Shown: one piece after another, positions 44,510 to 62,143 of the stretch | Layout: each line of letters begins with the position of its first letter | Numbering within the stretch: position 1 is the first letter of the stretch | Sequence record: LC473039.1 | Reading direction: 5' to 3' (one strand) | DNA from: Escherichia phage L27 | Length of the DNA: 64,000 nucleotides | Program-made: the position numbers and the translations under genes | Notes under the pieces: generated by a model | Database searches by the model: none | The model's input: the letters and a program-made list of their open reading frames with translations, nothing else | What the model was told of the DNA's origin: nothing

Positions 44510-45976
44510 ATGGCAGATATTACAGAAACACAAGAAAGCTTACCACCATTTAGAATGGGTGAAGTAGGCTCTTTGGGTCTGAAGGTTAAGAATGGAAGAA
44601 TCTATGAAGAACCTCGTCAGGCACTAAGGTTCCCTGAAAGTATTAAAACTTTCCAATTAATGATGCGTGACCCTGCTGTAGCAGCATCTGTAAATATTAT
44701 TAAGATGTTTGTCAGAAAAGTCAACTGGAGATTCGTACCTCCAAAGGGAAAAGAGCAAGACCCTAAAATGCTTGAAAGAGCAGACTTCTTTAATTCTTTA
44801 ATGGATGACATGGAGCATGATTGGGCAGATTTTATTAATTCTGTAATGTCATTCTGCACTTATGGGTTCTGTGTTAATGAGAAGGTTTATAAGAAACGTC
44901 AGGGTAAAAAAGGAAAGTACCAGTCAAAATTTGATGATGGTCTAATTGGATGGGCTAAGTTACCAATCAGAAACCAATCAACACTTGATAAGTGGTATTT
45001 TGACGAAGACTTTAGAAAAGTTACTGGTGTCAGACAGAATCTGAGAAATGTTTCACATATTGCTGGAGCAATTAATCTTGGAGAAAGACCACTAACAAGA
45101 AAACTTCCACGAGCTAAATTCATGCTGTTTAAGTATGATGATGAATATGGAAACCCAGAAGGTCGTTCACCATTACTCAATGCTTATGTACCGTGGAAGT
45201 ATAAAGTTCAGATTGAAGAGTACGAAGCTGTTGGTGTCTCAAGAGACTTGGTAGGTATGCCAAAGATTGGTTTACCACCAGATTATCTGGATGAAAATGC
45301 AGAACCTGAAAAGAAAGCTTTCGTACAATACTGCAAAACTGTTGTTAATGATATGATTGCTAACGACAGAGCAGGTTTAATCTGGCCTAGATATATCGAC
45401 CCAGATACTAAAGAGGATATCTTTGAGTTCTCATTAGTTTCTAGACAGGGTGCTAAAGCATATGATACAGGTTCTATTATTGACAGATATTCTAAGCAGA
45501 TTATGATGGCATTTATGTCAGATGTTCTTGCTATGGGTCAGTCAAAATATGGTTCATTCTCTCTTGCAGATTCTAAGACAAGCTTATTAGCAATGTCAGT
45601 AGATATTCTGCTGAAGCAAATTAAGAACGTAATTAACCGTGACTTAGTTGCACAGACTTATGCTCTTAATATGTGGGATGATGAAGAACATGTGCAAATC
45701 ACATATGATGATATCGAAACCCCAGACCTTGAAGTAATTGGTTCTTATATCCAGAAGACTGTTGCAGTAGGTGCTTTGGAAGTTGACAAAGAGCTATCTA
45801 ACAAGCTTAGAGAGCATATTGGTCTTCCTCCTGCTGATGAGTCTCAGCCAGTATCTGAAAAGCTTTCTCCAAATAGCCAAAGCCGCTCAGGAGATGGTTA
45901 TAAGACCGCTGGAGAAGGTACTGCAAAGACACCTTCAGCGAAAGACCCAAGCACAGCAAATAAGGCAAATAAATAA
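44510..45976 (+). CDS. portal protein (probable)
   Basis: ~490 aa gene directly after terminase; acidic/polar C-terminal tail; assigned by synteny. Confidence 0.6.
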   Translation: MADITETQESLPPFRMGEVGSLGLKVKNGRIYEEPRQALRFPESIKTFQLMMRDPAVAASVNIIKMFVRKVNWRFVPPKGKEQDPKMLERADFFNSLMDDMEHDWADFINSVMSFCTYGFCVNEKVYKKRQGKKGKYQSKFDDGLIGWAKLPIRNQSTLDKWYFDEDFRKVTGVRQNLRNVSHIAGAINLGERPLTRKLPRAKFMLFKYDDEYGNPEGRSPLLNAYVPWKYKVQIEEYEAVGVSRDLVGMPKIGLPPDYLDENAEPEKKAFVQYCKTVVNDMIANDRAGLIWPRYIDPDTKEDIFEFSLVSRQGAKAYDTGSIIDRYSKQIMMAFMSDVLAMGQSKYGSFSLADSKTSLLAMSVDILLKQIKNVINRDLVAQTYALNMWDDEEHVQITYDDIETPDLEVIGSYIQKTVAVGALEVDKELSNKLREHIGLPPADESQPVSEKLSPNSQSRSGDGYKTAGEGTAKTPSAKDPSTANKANK

Positions 45977-46476
45977 TGGCTGAAGTTATCTCTATTTCAA
46001 ATGCTACACGAGTGCATTCGTATAGGGGTGTCCTTATCATTACTGATAAGTTATCTGTAGAGGCTGGCTCAAGGGTCAGCCTTTCAGGTTATGTTAGTGA
46101 TGGTGGAATCTCTGACGTTTTCACTATTTGCAGGTTACTTGATGCACCAATGAGTGGAAAACCGTTTATTTCAGGAAATTGTAGTGAAATTGTTAAAATT
46201 CCATTTGACAGTTCATGCCTTTTGGGTGTAAAGTTATATAACTGCGAGAATAAACGTGTCAATGTTAATAGCATTGAAGCCGCTTTCATTACCCTCGATA
46301 CTGCATTTCAATCTCCAATGACAGTTAATAAAGAAACAAACAGACTTGAATACATTTTTTCACAAAATGATTACAAAGTACTTGTCAAAGGTAAAGTATA
46401 TGATATGATTGTAAATGTGGTAGATGAATCTGGTAACCATTCAACAGTCCTTAAACAAAAAGTAAGGTTTAATTAA
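45976..46476 (+). CDS. hypothetical head-module protein
   Basis: 166 aa ORF, translationally coupled. Confidence 0.5.
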   Translation: MAEVISISNATRVHSYRGVLIITDKLSVEAGSRVSLSGYVSDGGISDVFTICRLLDAPMSGKPFISGNCSEIVKIPFDSSCLLGVKLYNCENKRVNVNSIEAAFITLDTAFQSPMTVNKETNRLEYIFSQNDYKVLVKGKVYDMIVNVVDESGNHSTVLKQKVRFN

Positions 46477-46808
46477 TGGGAACATTAACTATTGATGGTA
46501 AGAATAAAATCCTCGCCACGCTAACCCCAACGACTATTATTTTACACAATGTAGACCCAACGGCAGACCCTACAGCAAATAAGGTTACTCAGCCAGTGGC
46601 TATTTATTTTTCTGAACCGGATAATGGCTTAATTGCCTCAGAAGACACAGTTAATATTACTGTTCCAGCTTCTGCAACGGTCTCACACTATAGCTTGTGG
46701 GATGCTAACGATAAATGCGTGGCAACTGGTGCTCTTAGCAAACCTCAATTCTTTGCTGAAGAAGGTATCTATGTTATCTCTTCAGTCTCTGTAGATTTAA
46801 ACAAATAG
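46476..46808 (+). CDS. hypothetical head-module protein
   Basis: 110 aa ORF. Confidence 0.5.
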   Translation: MGTLTIDGKNKILATLTPTTIILHNVDPTADPTANKVTQPVAIYFSEPDNGLIASEDTVNITVPASATVSHYSLWDANDKCVATGALSKPQFFAEEGIYVISSVSVDLNK

Positions 46809-46819
46809 GGTGAGTAAAA

Positions 46820-48166
46820 ATGAGTTCGAATATCTTCAGACTTGCTGATAGATTATTCAACCAACCTTTACTAGCCACTGAATCATTAGCTCACTCAGCA
46901 GCAACTTATGTGAATAACAGATTGCTGGGTGATGTCCAAGCAGCAGTAAACTTTGATAAACCCAAAGGTGAAGCAAGAAGTCTTTTAAAAGTAAAAGATG
47001 ATATTGCTATTATCCCTATTATGGGTGGTTTAACCCATCGTATGACATTCATTGATGCAATGTGTACTGGTGGTTTAAGCTCTTATGAAGGTTTACGTAG
47101 AGGCTTTGACGAAGCTTTAGCAGATGAGTCAATCAAGACTATTGTTCTGCATATTGATTCTGGTGGTGGTGAAGCTTCAGGTTGCTTTGAATTAGCACGT
47201 CACATTATGGCTTCAAGAGGCCAAAAGAAAATTATTGCTTATGTAGATGAGTTCGCTTGTTCCGCTGCATATGCTCTTGCATCTTCTGCTGAAGAAATTA
47301 TTGCATCACCAGATGCAGATGTTGGTTCTATCGGTGTAATCATGGTTCATCAGGAATTAACTAAGGCATTTGAAAAGAATGGCGTGACAATTAACGTCAT
47401 CAAAGCTGGTGAGTTTAAAGGTATGGGTTCACCATTCCAAGCACTTTCAGAAGAAAGCAAAGAAAGACTTCAAAAGAGAATTAATGATACCTACGCAACC
47501 TTTACAGGTTTTGTAGCTGAATCTCGTAATCTCTCTGAAGAAGCTGTAAAGAATACTGAGGCGAATGTTTATTCTGCTCAGGAAGCTCTTGAACTTGGTT
47601 TAATTAACTCAATCATGTCTCAAGATGATTTCTTAAATTACTTACAAGGTTCTGAAGAGGCTCCTGTAAGTTTAAACGTTAACAATTCAGGTGAAGAAAT
47701 GACTGAACAAGAAAAGCAAGAACTAGAAGCTTTGCGTCTTCAGGTTGCTCAAATGAAAGCTAAAGAACAGGAAGCTGCTTTGTCAGATTTGACTAATAAG
47801 ATTTCTGCTTCTGCTGAAGCTTTTGGATTTGATGCAAAAGAAGCTGCAACGACTATTTTAGGTGCTGGTCTTGATAACCCTCTGAGTGTTCTGTTTATGA
47901 ATGCTATGGAAGGTGCTAACCAGAAACTTAATGAAACTATCGCGTCCCACGCTTCTGCAATGGAAGAAAAAGAATCAGAAATTACCAAGCTGAAAGAAAC
48001 TGCTGGTGCTGTTCTTGAACATTCCAACGCTATGGAAGAAATGGGTAATGACGGCGAAGCTGATTTGGTTGAAGAAGAAAAAGAACCAGCTAAGAATGCT
48101 TCCGAAGACACCGCTGAACAACGCAAACTGGCTCTCCAGAATGCTCTAAAATCTCTTATCAAATAA
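46820..48166 (+). CDS. prohead protease (S49/SppA-ClpP-like) fused to C-terminal scaffolding-like coiled-coil region
   Basis: S49-type core IVLHIDSGGGEASG ... DEFACSAAYALASSA ... GSIGVIMVHQ; C-terminal Glu/Ala-rich helical segment. Confidence 0.7.
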   Translation: MSSNIFRLADRLFNQPLLATESLAHSAATYVNNRLLGDVQAAVNFDKPKGEARSLLKVKDDIAIIPIMGGLTHRMTFIDAMCTGGLSSYEGLRRGFDEALADESIKTIVLHIDSGGGEASGCFELARHIMASRGQKKIIAYVDEFACSAAYALASSAEEIIASPDADVGSIGVIMVHQELTKAFEKNGVTINVIKAGEFKGMGSPFQALSEESKERLQKRINDTYATFTGFVAESRNLSEEAVKNTEANVYSAQEALELGLINSIMSQDDFLNYLQGSEEAPVSLNVNNSGEEMTEQEKQELEALRLQVAQMKAKEQEAALSDLTNKISASAEAFGFDAKEAATTILGAGLDNPLSVLFMNAMEGANQKLNETIASHASAMEEKESEITKLKETAGAVLEHSNAMEEMGNDGEADLVEEEKEPAKNASEDTAEQRKLALQNALKSLIK

Positions 48167-48177
48167 GGAACACAATA

Positions 48178-48555
48178 ATGGCATATCAAGGTTTTACTAA
48201 GTTAGGTAAAAGAGAACCTCTGAATGATATCATTCTTTGGGAACAGGTTACCCCAACAGGCCACTCTCGTAAAGAGTACACTCCACAGGCATCTACAGAA
48301 TATCGTGTAGGTGAAGTTCTGAAAGCAGATGGTACTAAAGTTGCAGCAGGGGAAGAAGCTCAGGCTGATTCTGTATGTATCGTTAACTTCTATGCAGACC
48401 TACAACTGTCTTACCACGGTCAGTTGAAAGTTGTTGGTATTTACCGTGATGCAGAACTAAAAGACCTGCTTACTCTTGAGTCAGGTGTTGATGCTGCCGC
48501 AGTCAAGAAAGCTCTGGCTGCTAAAGGCATTGATTTCGTACCAACTGGCCTGTAA
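48178..48555 (+). CDS. head decoration protein (lambda gpD-like position)
   Basis: 125 aa gene between protease/scaffold and major capsid gene; strong RBS. Confidence 0.45.
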   Translation: MAYQGFTKLGKREPLNDIILWEQVTPTGHSRKEYTPQASTEYRVGEVLKADGTKVAAGEEAQADSVCIVNFYADLQLSYHGQLKVVGIYRDAELKDLLTLESGVDAAAVKKALAAKGIDFVPTGL

Positions 48556-48588
48556 TAACAATAATAAGACATTCTGGAGAATTTTACA

Positions 48589-49692
48589 ATGTTGACTAAT
48601 TCTGAAAAAAGCAGATTTTTCCTTGCTGACCTGACTGGTGAAGTCCAGTCTATCCCAAATACTTATGGGTATATTTCCAACTTAGGTCTGTTCCGTTCAG
48701 CACCAATCACCCAAACTACTTTCCTTATGGACTTGACTGATTGGGATGTTAGCTTGCTTGATGCGGTAGACCGTGATAGCCGTAAAGCAGAGACTAGCGC
48801 ACCTGAGCGTGTTCGTCAAATCAGCTTCCCAATGATGTACTTCAAAGAAGTTGAAAGCATCACTCCTGATGAAATTCAGGGTGTACGTCAGCCAGGCACT
48901 GCAAACGAACTGACTACTGAAGCAGTAGTACGTGCTAAGAAGCTGATGAAGATTCGTACCAAGTTCGATATTACTCGTGAGTTCCTGTTTATGCAAGCTC
49001 TGAAGGGTAAAGTTGTTGATGCTCGTGGTACTCTGTACGCTGACCTGTACAAGCAGTTCGACGTTGAGAAGAAGACTGTTTACTTCGACCTTGACAACCC
49101 TAACGCTGACATCGACGCTTCTATTGAAGAACTGCGTATGCACATGGAAGACGAAGCTAAGACTGGCACTGTAATCAACGGTGAAGAAATTCACGTAGTT
49201 GTTGACCGTGTGTTCTTCAGCAAACTGGTTAAGCATCCTAAGATTCGTGACGCTTATCTTGCACAGCAGACTCCGCTGGCTTGGCAACAGATTACTGGTT
49301 CTCTGAGAACTGGTGGTACTGACGGTGTTCAGGCTCACATGAACACTTTCTACTACGGTGGTGTTAAGTTTGTCCAGTACAACGGTAAGTTCAAAGACAA
49401 GCGTGGTAAGGTTCACACTCTGGTGAGCATTGACAGCGTAGCAGACACTGTTGGTGTTGGTCATGCTTTCCCTAACGTTTCTATGCTGGGTGAAGCAAAC
49501 AACATCTTCGAAGTTGCATATGGTCCATGTCCTAAGATGGGTTATGCAAATACACTTGGTCAGGAACTGTACGTATTCGAATACGAAAAAGACCGTGACG
49601 AAGGTATTGACTTTGAAGCTCACTCTTACATGCTGCCATACTGTACTCGTCCTCAGTTGCTGGTAGATGTTCGTGCTGACGCCAAAGACTAA
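48589..49692 (+). CDS. major capsid protein (lambda gpE-like position)
   Basis: 367 aa, codon usage typical of highly expressed genes, follows protease and decoration genes. Confidence 0.7.
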   Translation: MLTNSEKSRFFLADLTGEVQSIPNTYGYISNLGLFRSAPITQTTFLMDLTDWDVSLLDAVDRDSRKAETSAPERVRQISFPMMYFKEVESITPDEIQGVRQPGTANELTTEAVVRAKKLMKIRTKFDITREFLFMQALKGKVVDARGTLYADLYKQFDVEKKTVYFDLDNPNADIDASIEELRMHMEDEAKTGTVINGEEIHVVVDRVFFSKLVKHPKIRDAYLAQQTPLAWQQITGSLRTGGTDGVQAHMNTFYYGGVKFVQYNGKFKDKRGKVHTLVSIDSVADTVGVGHAFPNVSMLGEANNIFEVAYGPCPKMGYANTLGQELYVFEYEKDRDEGIDFEAHSYMLPYCTRPQLLVDVRADAKD

Positions 49693-49713
49693 TATTCTTA
49701 AGGAGGGTTATTA

Positions 49714-50163
49714 ATGTGTTATACAGGCGACCCAGCCAATAACCCTCTTGATAGAGTAAGAATCCTCTGCACAGACACTAATAATGATGAAATTCTTATT
49801 GAACAGTCTGTGCTAGAGTGGTTCTATCTAGAATCTGGAAAGGATGAAAAGAAAGCAGCCATCAAAGCTCTTAAATATTTACTCTTTCAAGTAGCCAAGA
49901 TGGGAGATGAGAAGGTTGGTGGTGTTTATTTACGTAACTCTTCCAGATTCAAATCTCTGAAAGCTGTTTATGACGACCTTGTTAAAAGCTCTGTTTCAGG
50001 ACTACCCTATGCAGGTGGTATTAATCAGTGCGACATTGATATGCGTCGTCAGAATCCTTGCTCTGTCAAGAAATACACAGAATATGGTGATGCTGCCAGA
50101 TACGAAGGCAGAGATTACTGCAACCGTGTTAATGGCGTATTTATTATCGAGCGAGATGAATAA
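49714..50163 (+). CDS. hypothetical head-tail joining protein
   Basis: 149 aa; position. Confidence 0.45.
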   Translation: MCYTGDPANNPLDRVRILCTDTNNDEILIEQSVLEWFYLESGKDEKKAAIKALKYLLFQVAKMGDEKVGGVYLRNSSRFKSLKAVYDDLVKSSVSGLPYAGGINQCDIDMRRQNPCSVKKYTEYGDAARYEGRDYCNRVNGVFIIERDE

Positions 50164-50645
50164 TGGTTAAAAGGGTTATTCACCCCGCTAGAGCAAAATT
50201 AGTCGGGGCTATGAAGAACTTGCAAACGGCTAATGCTCAAGTTGGGTATTTTCAAGAACAAGGTCAACATAGCTCTGGTTTTTCTTATCCTGCTTTAATG
50301 TATTTACAAGAAGTTATTGGGGTTCCTTCAGCTTCTGGTAAAGTATATCGTAGGTTGTTTGAAATCACTATGATGCTAAACAAACAGACCTTGTTAGAGC
50401 AGACTAAGAAGAATCTATATAAGCAACTTAGCAGTCTCAACACAGACCCTTCAAATACCTTAGAAGCATTTGCAAAGAATACTCAAAAGGTAATTAAAAG
50501 AGGTTTTGGTAATTCTGCTATTCTCCCTCCTAACGCACCTTCCACAGTCAAGAAAAAAGGCTTTAACGCACCTCTTGTTGAGACAGGTGACTTAAGGGAT
50601 AACCTTGCTTATAAAATTTCTACTAAGAAGGGTATTAAGAAATGA
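50163..50645 (+). CDS. hypothetical head-tail joining protein
   Basis: 160 aa; position. Confidence 0.45.
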   Translation: MVKRVIHPARAKLVGAMKNLQTANAQVGYFQEQGQHSSGFSYPALMYLQEVIGVPSASGKVYRRLFEITMMLNKQTLLEQTKKNLYKQLSSLNTDPSNTLEAFAKNTQKVIKRGFGNSAILPPNAPSTVKKKGFNAPLVETGDLRDNLAYKISTKKGIKK

Positions 50646-51043
50646 GACTCTTAAACAGACACAGCTTTGTAGTAAAGCGTAAAGTCTCTGAAGACGGTTA
50701 TTATAACGATGATGGTGATTGGGTAGCTTCACAAGATATTGTAGAGGTTAACTGTAAAGGTAATATTCAGCCATATATCAAAGGTTCTGTAAAGAATGGT
50801 ACACAGATTGCTTTACCGGAAGGTATCAGGCTTACCGATACAAGAATCCTGTATACCACATATAAACTTAGAACTTCAGATGATGTAGAGTGGAATGAGT
50901 CTGACATTGTTATGATTGATGGTCATGAGTATGAAGTATTTATGACTATGGATTGGTCACAGCAATTAGCCCATACGTCCCATTATGAATATATCATTAT
51001 TAGAAGGGATAAAATGAATGCAGTTAGAAACAGCAGAACTTGA
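50642..51043 (+). CDS. hypothetical tail completion protein
   Basis: 133 aa; position. Confidence 0.45.
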   Translation: MRLLNRHSFVVKRKVSEDGYYNDDGDWVASQDIVEVNCKGNIQPYIKGSVKNGTQIALPEGIRLTDTRILYTTYKLRTSDDVEWNESDIVMIDGHEYEVFMTMDWSQQLAHTSHYEYIIIRRDKMNAVRNSRT

Positions 51044-51617
51044 AAAAGGTCTAGTTAGAGCCTTAGTGGATGTTATTGGTCACAGACTAGCTCGTGATAA
51101 GAATAATAGACCAAATGTAATTAGAGCTTACCCTTCTGATAACTCAAATGACAAAGGTTTAAAACCTGACCAACCATTTATCACTGTATATTGTCAAGAT
51201 GCCGCAACACCTTATGGTTGGGTTCTTGATAAGTTTGTTGAGGATGATGTAGTTTGCTACAGAATTGCTTTTCAGATTCCTGTATTGATTACGGTAAATG
51301 GTAAAGGTGCTCACAGTATTATGCTTGAGCTTAAACAACGATTAGAGATGAGTTCAGTCAGAGATTTAATCCTTGAAGAAACAGGAGCTACAGTACTAGA
51401 CACTGGAGCAATCCCAAATGATTACACTTATCTCAATACAGATTTCGAAAATTCTGCGCCTCTTGTTGTAACTCTTGTAAAAAATTCAGTCCTGAAAGAT
51501 GAACGTGGAAGTATTATTGAGCGTGTCATTGTTGATGGCGAGTTGGTTTATGAAGAAGGACAAGAGCCACCAGAATATACTATCCATCTAGATGTAGACT
51601 CCAAAGGGGTAAAATAA
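51018..51617 (+). CDS. hypothetical tail completion/neck protein
   Basis: 199 aa; position. Confidence 0.45.
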   Translation: MQLETAELEKGLVRALVDVIGHRLARDKNNRPNVIRAYPSDNSNDKGLKPDQPFITVYCQDAATPYGWVLDKFVEDDVVCYRIAFQIPVLITVNGKGAHSIMLELKQRLEMSSVRDLILEETGATVLDTGAIPNDYTYLNTDFENSAPLVVTLVKNSVLKDERGSIIERVIVDGELVYEEGQEPPEYTIHLDVDSKGVK

Positions 51618-52970
51618 ATGTGGAATCCAATTGTTAATGTAGATATTACATTGAACACCGCAGGAACTACAAGAGAAGGTTTTGGTTTGCCACTATTCTT
51701 AGCTTCAACAGATAACTTTGAAGAAAGAGTACGTGGCTACACTTCCTTAACTGAAGTTGCTGAAGATTTCGATGAGAGGTCTGCTGCATATAAGGCTGCT
51801 AAACAACTTTGGAGTCAGACTCCTAAAGTAACTCAGCTTTATATTGGTAGACGTACTATGCAGTACACTGTATCAATTCCTAATACTGTTACCGAAAGTA
51901 CAGACTACTCAATTACTGTAGCTGTTGGTGGTGGAATTTCTCAACCATATCAGTACACATCAAAAAGCTCAGATACTGCTGAGAAAGTTTTGCAACAGCT
52001 TAAAACACAGATTGAAGCTGACCCAACAATCAAAGATAAGGTTTCTGTGAACGTAACTGGTAGTGGTGCTTCTGCCACAATGATTATTACCAAAGCTGGT
52101 GATAATGACTTTGTGAAAGTAACAACCACAGCACAGACTGTATATATTGCAAGTACAACTGCCGATACAGCAGCAACTGCTCTGGCAGCTATCGAAGCTT
52201 ACTCTACTGACTGGTATTTCATTGCAGCAGAAGACAGAACTCAACAGTTTGTCTTAGCAATGGCTTCTGAGATTCAGGCTCGCAAGAAAATCTTCTTTAC
52301 AGCTAACTCCGATGTATCAGCACTACAAGGTACAGAATTAAACAGTGCAAACGATGTTCCAGCACAGCTTGCTAAGAGTATGTATACTCGTACAGTTTGC
52401 TTGTGGCATCACGCAGCAGCAGAAGACTATCCAGAGATGGCATACATTGCTTATGGCGCTCCATATGATGCAGGGTCAATTGCTTGGGGTAATGCTCAGT
52501 TGACTGGTGTAGCTGCTTCTCTACAGCCAGCTAATAAGAGACCTCTGACAAGTATTCAGAAGTCTGCTTTAGATGCACGTCACTGTAACTTTATTGACCT
52601 TGATGGTGGTGTTCCAGTGGTTCGTAGAGGGATTACTTCTGGTGGGGAATGGATTGATATCATCCGTGGTGTTGACTGGTTAGAATCAGACCTGAAAACT
52701 TCTCTGAGAGACTTGCTAATTAACCAGAAGGGTGGTAAGATTACTTATGATGATACTGGTATTACCCGTATTCGTCAAGTCATTGAAACCTCTCTGCAAA
52801 GAGCAGTCAACAGAAACTTCCTGTCATCTTACACAGTTAATGTTCCTAAAGCCTCTCAAGTTGCTTTGGCAGACAAGAAAGCTCGTATCCTGAAAGATGT
52901 TACCTTCGCAGGTATCTTAGCAGGGGCTATCTTGGATGTTGACTTGAAAGGTACAGTGGCTTACGAATAA
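51618..52970 (+). CDS. tail sheath protein (probable)
   Basis: 450 aa gene followed by ~150 aa tube-sized gene, two small chaperone-sized genes and tape measure (P2-like order). Confidence 0.55.
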   Translation: MWNPIVNVDITLNTAGTTREGFGLPLFLASTDNFEERVRGYTSLTEVAEDFDERSAAYKAAKQLWSQTPKVTQLYIGRRTMQYTVSIPNTVTESTDYSITVAVGGGISQPYQYTSKSSDTAEKVLQQLKTQIEADPTIKDKVSVNVTGSGASATMIITKAGDNDFVKVTTTAQTVYIASTTADTAATALAAIEAYSTDWYFIAAEDRTQQFVLAMASEIQARKKIFFTANSDVSALQGTELNSANDVPAQLAKSMYTRTVCLWHHAAAEDYPEMAYIAYGAPYDAGSIAWGNAQLTGVAASLQPANKRPLTSIQKSALDARHCNFIDLDGGVPVVRRGITSGGEWIDIIRGVDWLESDLKTSLRDLLINQKGGKITYDDTGITRIRQVIETSLQRAVNRNFLSSYTVNVPKASQVALADKKARILKDVTFAGILAGAILDVDLKGTVAYE

Positions 52971-52985
52971 TAGAGGTAAATTGGA

Positions 52986-53432
52986 ATGGCTATGTATCAG
53001 CAATATTCCCCTAAAGACGTTGTGTGTAGCTGGAACGGCATTGCTATTGAAGGCTTTGCTCCAGATTCATTCTTACGTCTACAGAGAACATCACCACTTA
53101 TTACACCAGTTGTAGGTGCAGGTGGTCAGGTTGCTCTGACAAGAAATGCAGACAAGACAGGTACTATTGAGATTGAGCTAATGCAGACTTCTCTCTCTAA
53201 TCAGATGCTTTCTGCAATTCAAGCTAAACAAGACAATATGGAACTTGAAGAAGATATCTCTTCTAACTTCGTAATCTACGACCCATCAGGCTCTGTTCTG
53301 GCAACTGGTATTAATGCTTGGTTGCAGGAATTACCACAGATTGAACTTGGTCGTGACCAGAACTCTAAAACTTGGATTTTTGGTTGTGAGAAGCTAGACT
53401 ACACTTCTACAATTCCAGCGTCAAGTGTTTAA
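52986..53432 (+). CDS. tail tube protein (probable)
   Basis: 148 aa, follows sheath; followed by terminator. Confidence 0.5.
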   Translation: MAMYQQYSPKDVVCSWNGIAIEGFAPDSFLRLQRTSPLITPVVGAGGQVALTRNADKTGTIEIELMQTSLSNQMLSAIQAKQDNMELEEDISSNFVIYDPSGSVLATGINAWLQELPQIELGRDQNSKTWIFGCEKLDYTSTIPASSV

Positions 53433-53443
53433 TAAATCCTATA

Positions 53444-53478
53444 AGGGGGAGACTTTAAAAGGTCTTCCCCTTTTTTGT
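53444..53478 (+). terminator. Rho-independent terminator after sheath/tube genes
   Basis: GGGGGAGAC-TTTAAAAG-GTCTTCCCC + TTTTTTG. Confidence 0.7.
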
Positions 53479-53505
53479 TTCTTTTAAAAGTATTAAGGAA
53501 TCACA

Positions 53506-53904
53506 ATGAAAACAGAATCTAGAGTAATTAATGGCAAGAAAGTAAATATCGTTCTGCTTGGGGCAAGAGATGGTATTAAGATGTCTATGAAGTTGGGTAA
53601 GATTGTTGTTCCAACTTTTGCACAGATGCTGTCAAGTCTGACTGACAAGGGTAAGAAAGAAGCTCCAACGGTTCCATTTAAAGAACTTGTTGAAGCTTGT
53701 TTTGACAGAATTGAAGAAATTAACCTTGAAGAAATGGCTACCCTGTTATTTCAAGGGGCAACTGTTGATGACTTCCCACTTAATATTGATACGTACTTCC
53801 AAGCAAACTATGGTGAATTTATTGATTACTTAGCATTTGCGCTGGAGGCAAACTTCGGAAGTTTTTTCGAAGCAAGCATTTTCAAAAGCCTAACTTCTCA
53901 GTAA
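53506..53904 (+). CDS. tail assembly chaperone (probable)
   Basis: 132 aa gene immediately upstream of tape measure. Confidence 0.45.
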   Translation: MKTESRVINGKKVNIVLLGARDGIKMSMKLGKIVVPTFAQMLSSLTDKGKKEAPTVPFKELVEACFDRIEEINLEEMATLLFQGATVDDFPLNIDTYFQANYGEFIDYLAFALEANFGSFFEASIFKSLTSQ

Positions 53905-53906
53905 AC

Positions 53907-54145
53907 ATGGGTAACACTCTACAGACACCACTAACTGATGCTGCTGTAGAGGCAACCTATGAAGAAGCAGACGAGATGAAATTTGTGCTTGCTATTTATG
54001 GTATGGAAGGGTGTAAAGAAACACTTGACCAACTCTTTGCTATGACATTCTCTGATTTATTATCATTGAGACAATTTCTTGAGATTCAGAGGTCGTATAA
54101 AGAGGAAATCGCTTACAACGAACTTAGAAGAGCAGGAAAAATGTA

Positions 54146-54146
<1 letters not shown>
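53907..54146 (+). CDS. tail assembly chaperone, second ORF (possible frameshift extension)
   Basis: 79 aa ORF adjacent to previous. Confidence 0.4.
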
Positions 54147-62141
<7,995 letters not shown>

Positions 62142-62143
62142 TA

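Noticed and set aside
47749-48189. 146-aa minus-strand ORF
   Set aside because: Antisense inside prohead protease/scaffold gene; low-complexity Ala/Ser-rich
48697-49623. 308-aa ORF on the minus strand
   Set aside because: Entirely antisense to the major capsid gene; Ser/Val/Leu-rich composition typical of a wrong-frame artefact
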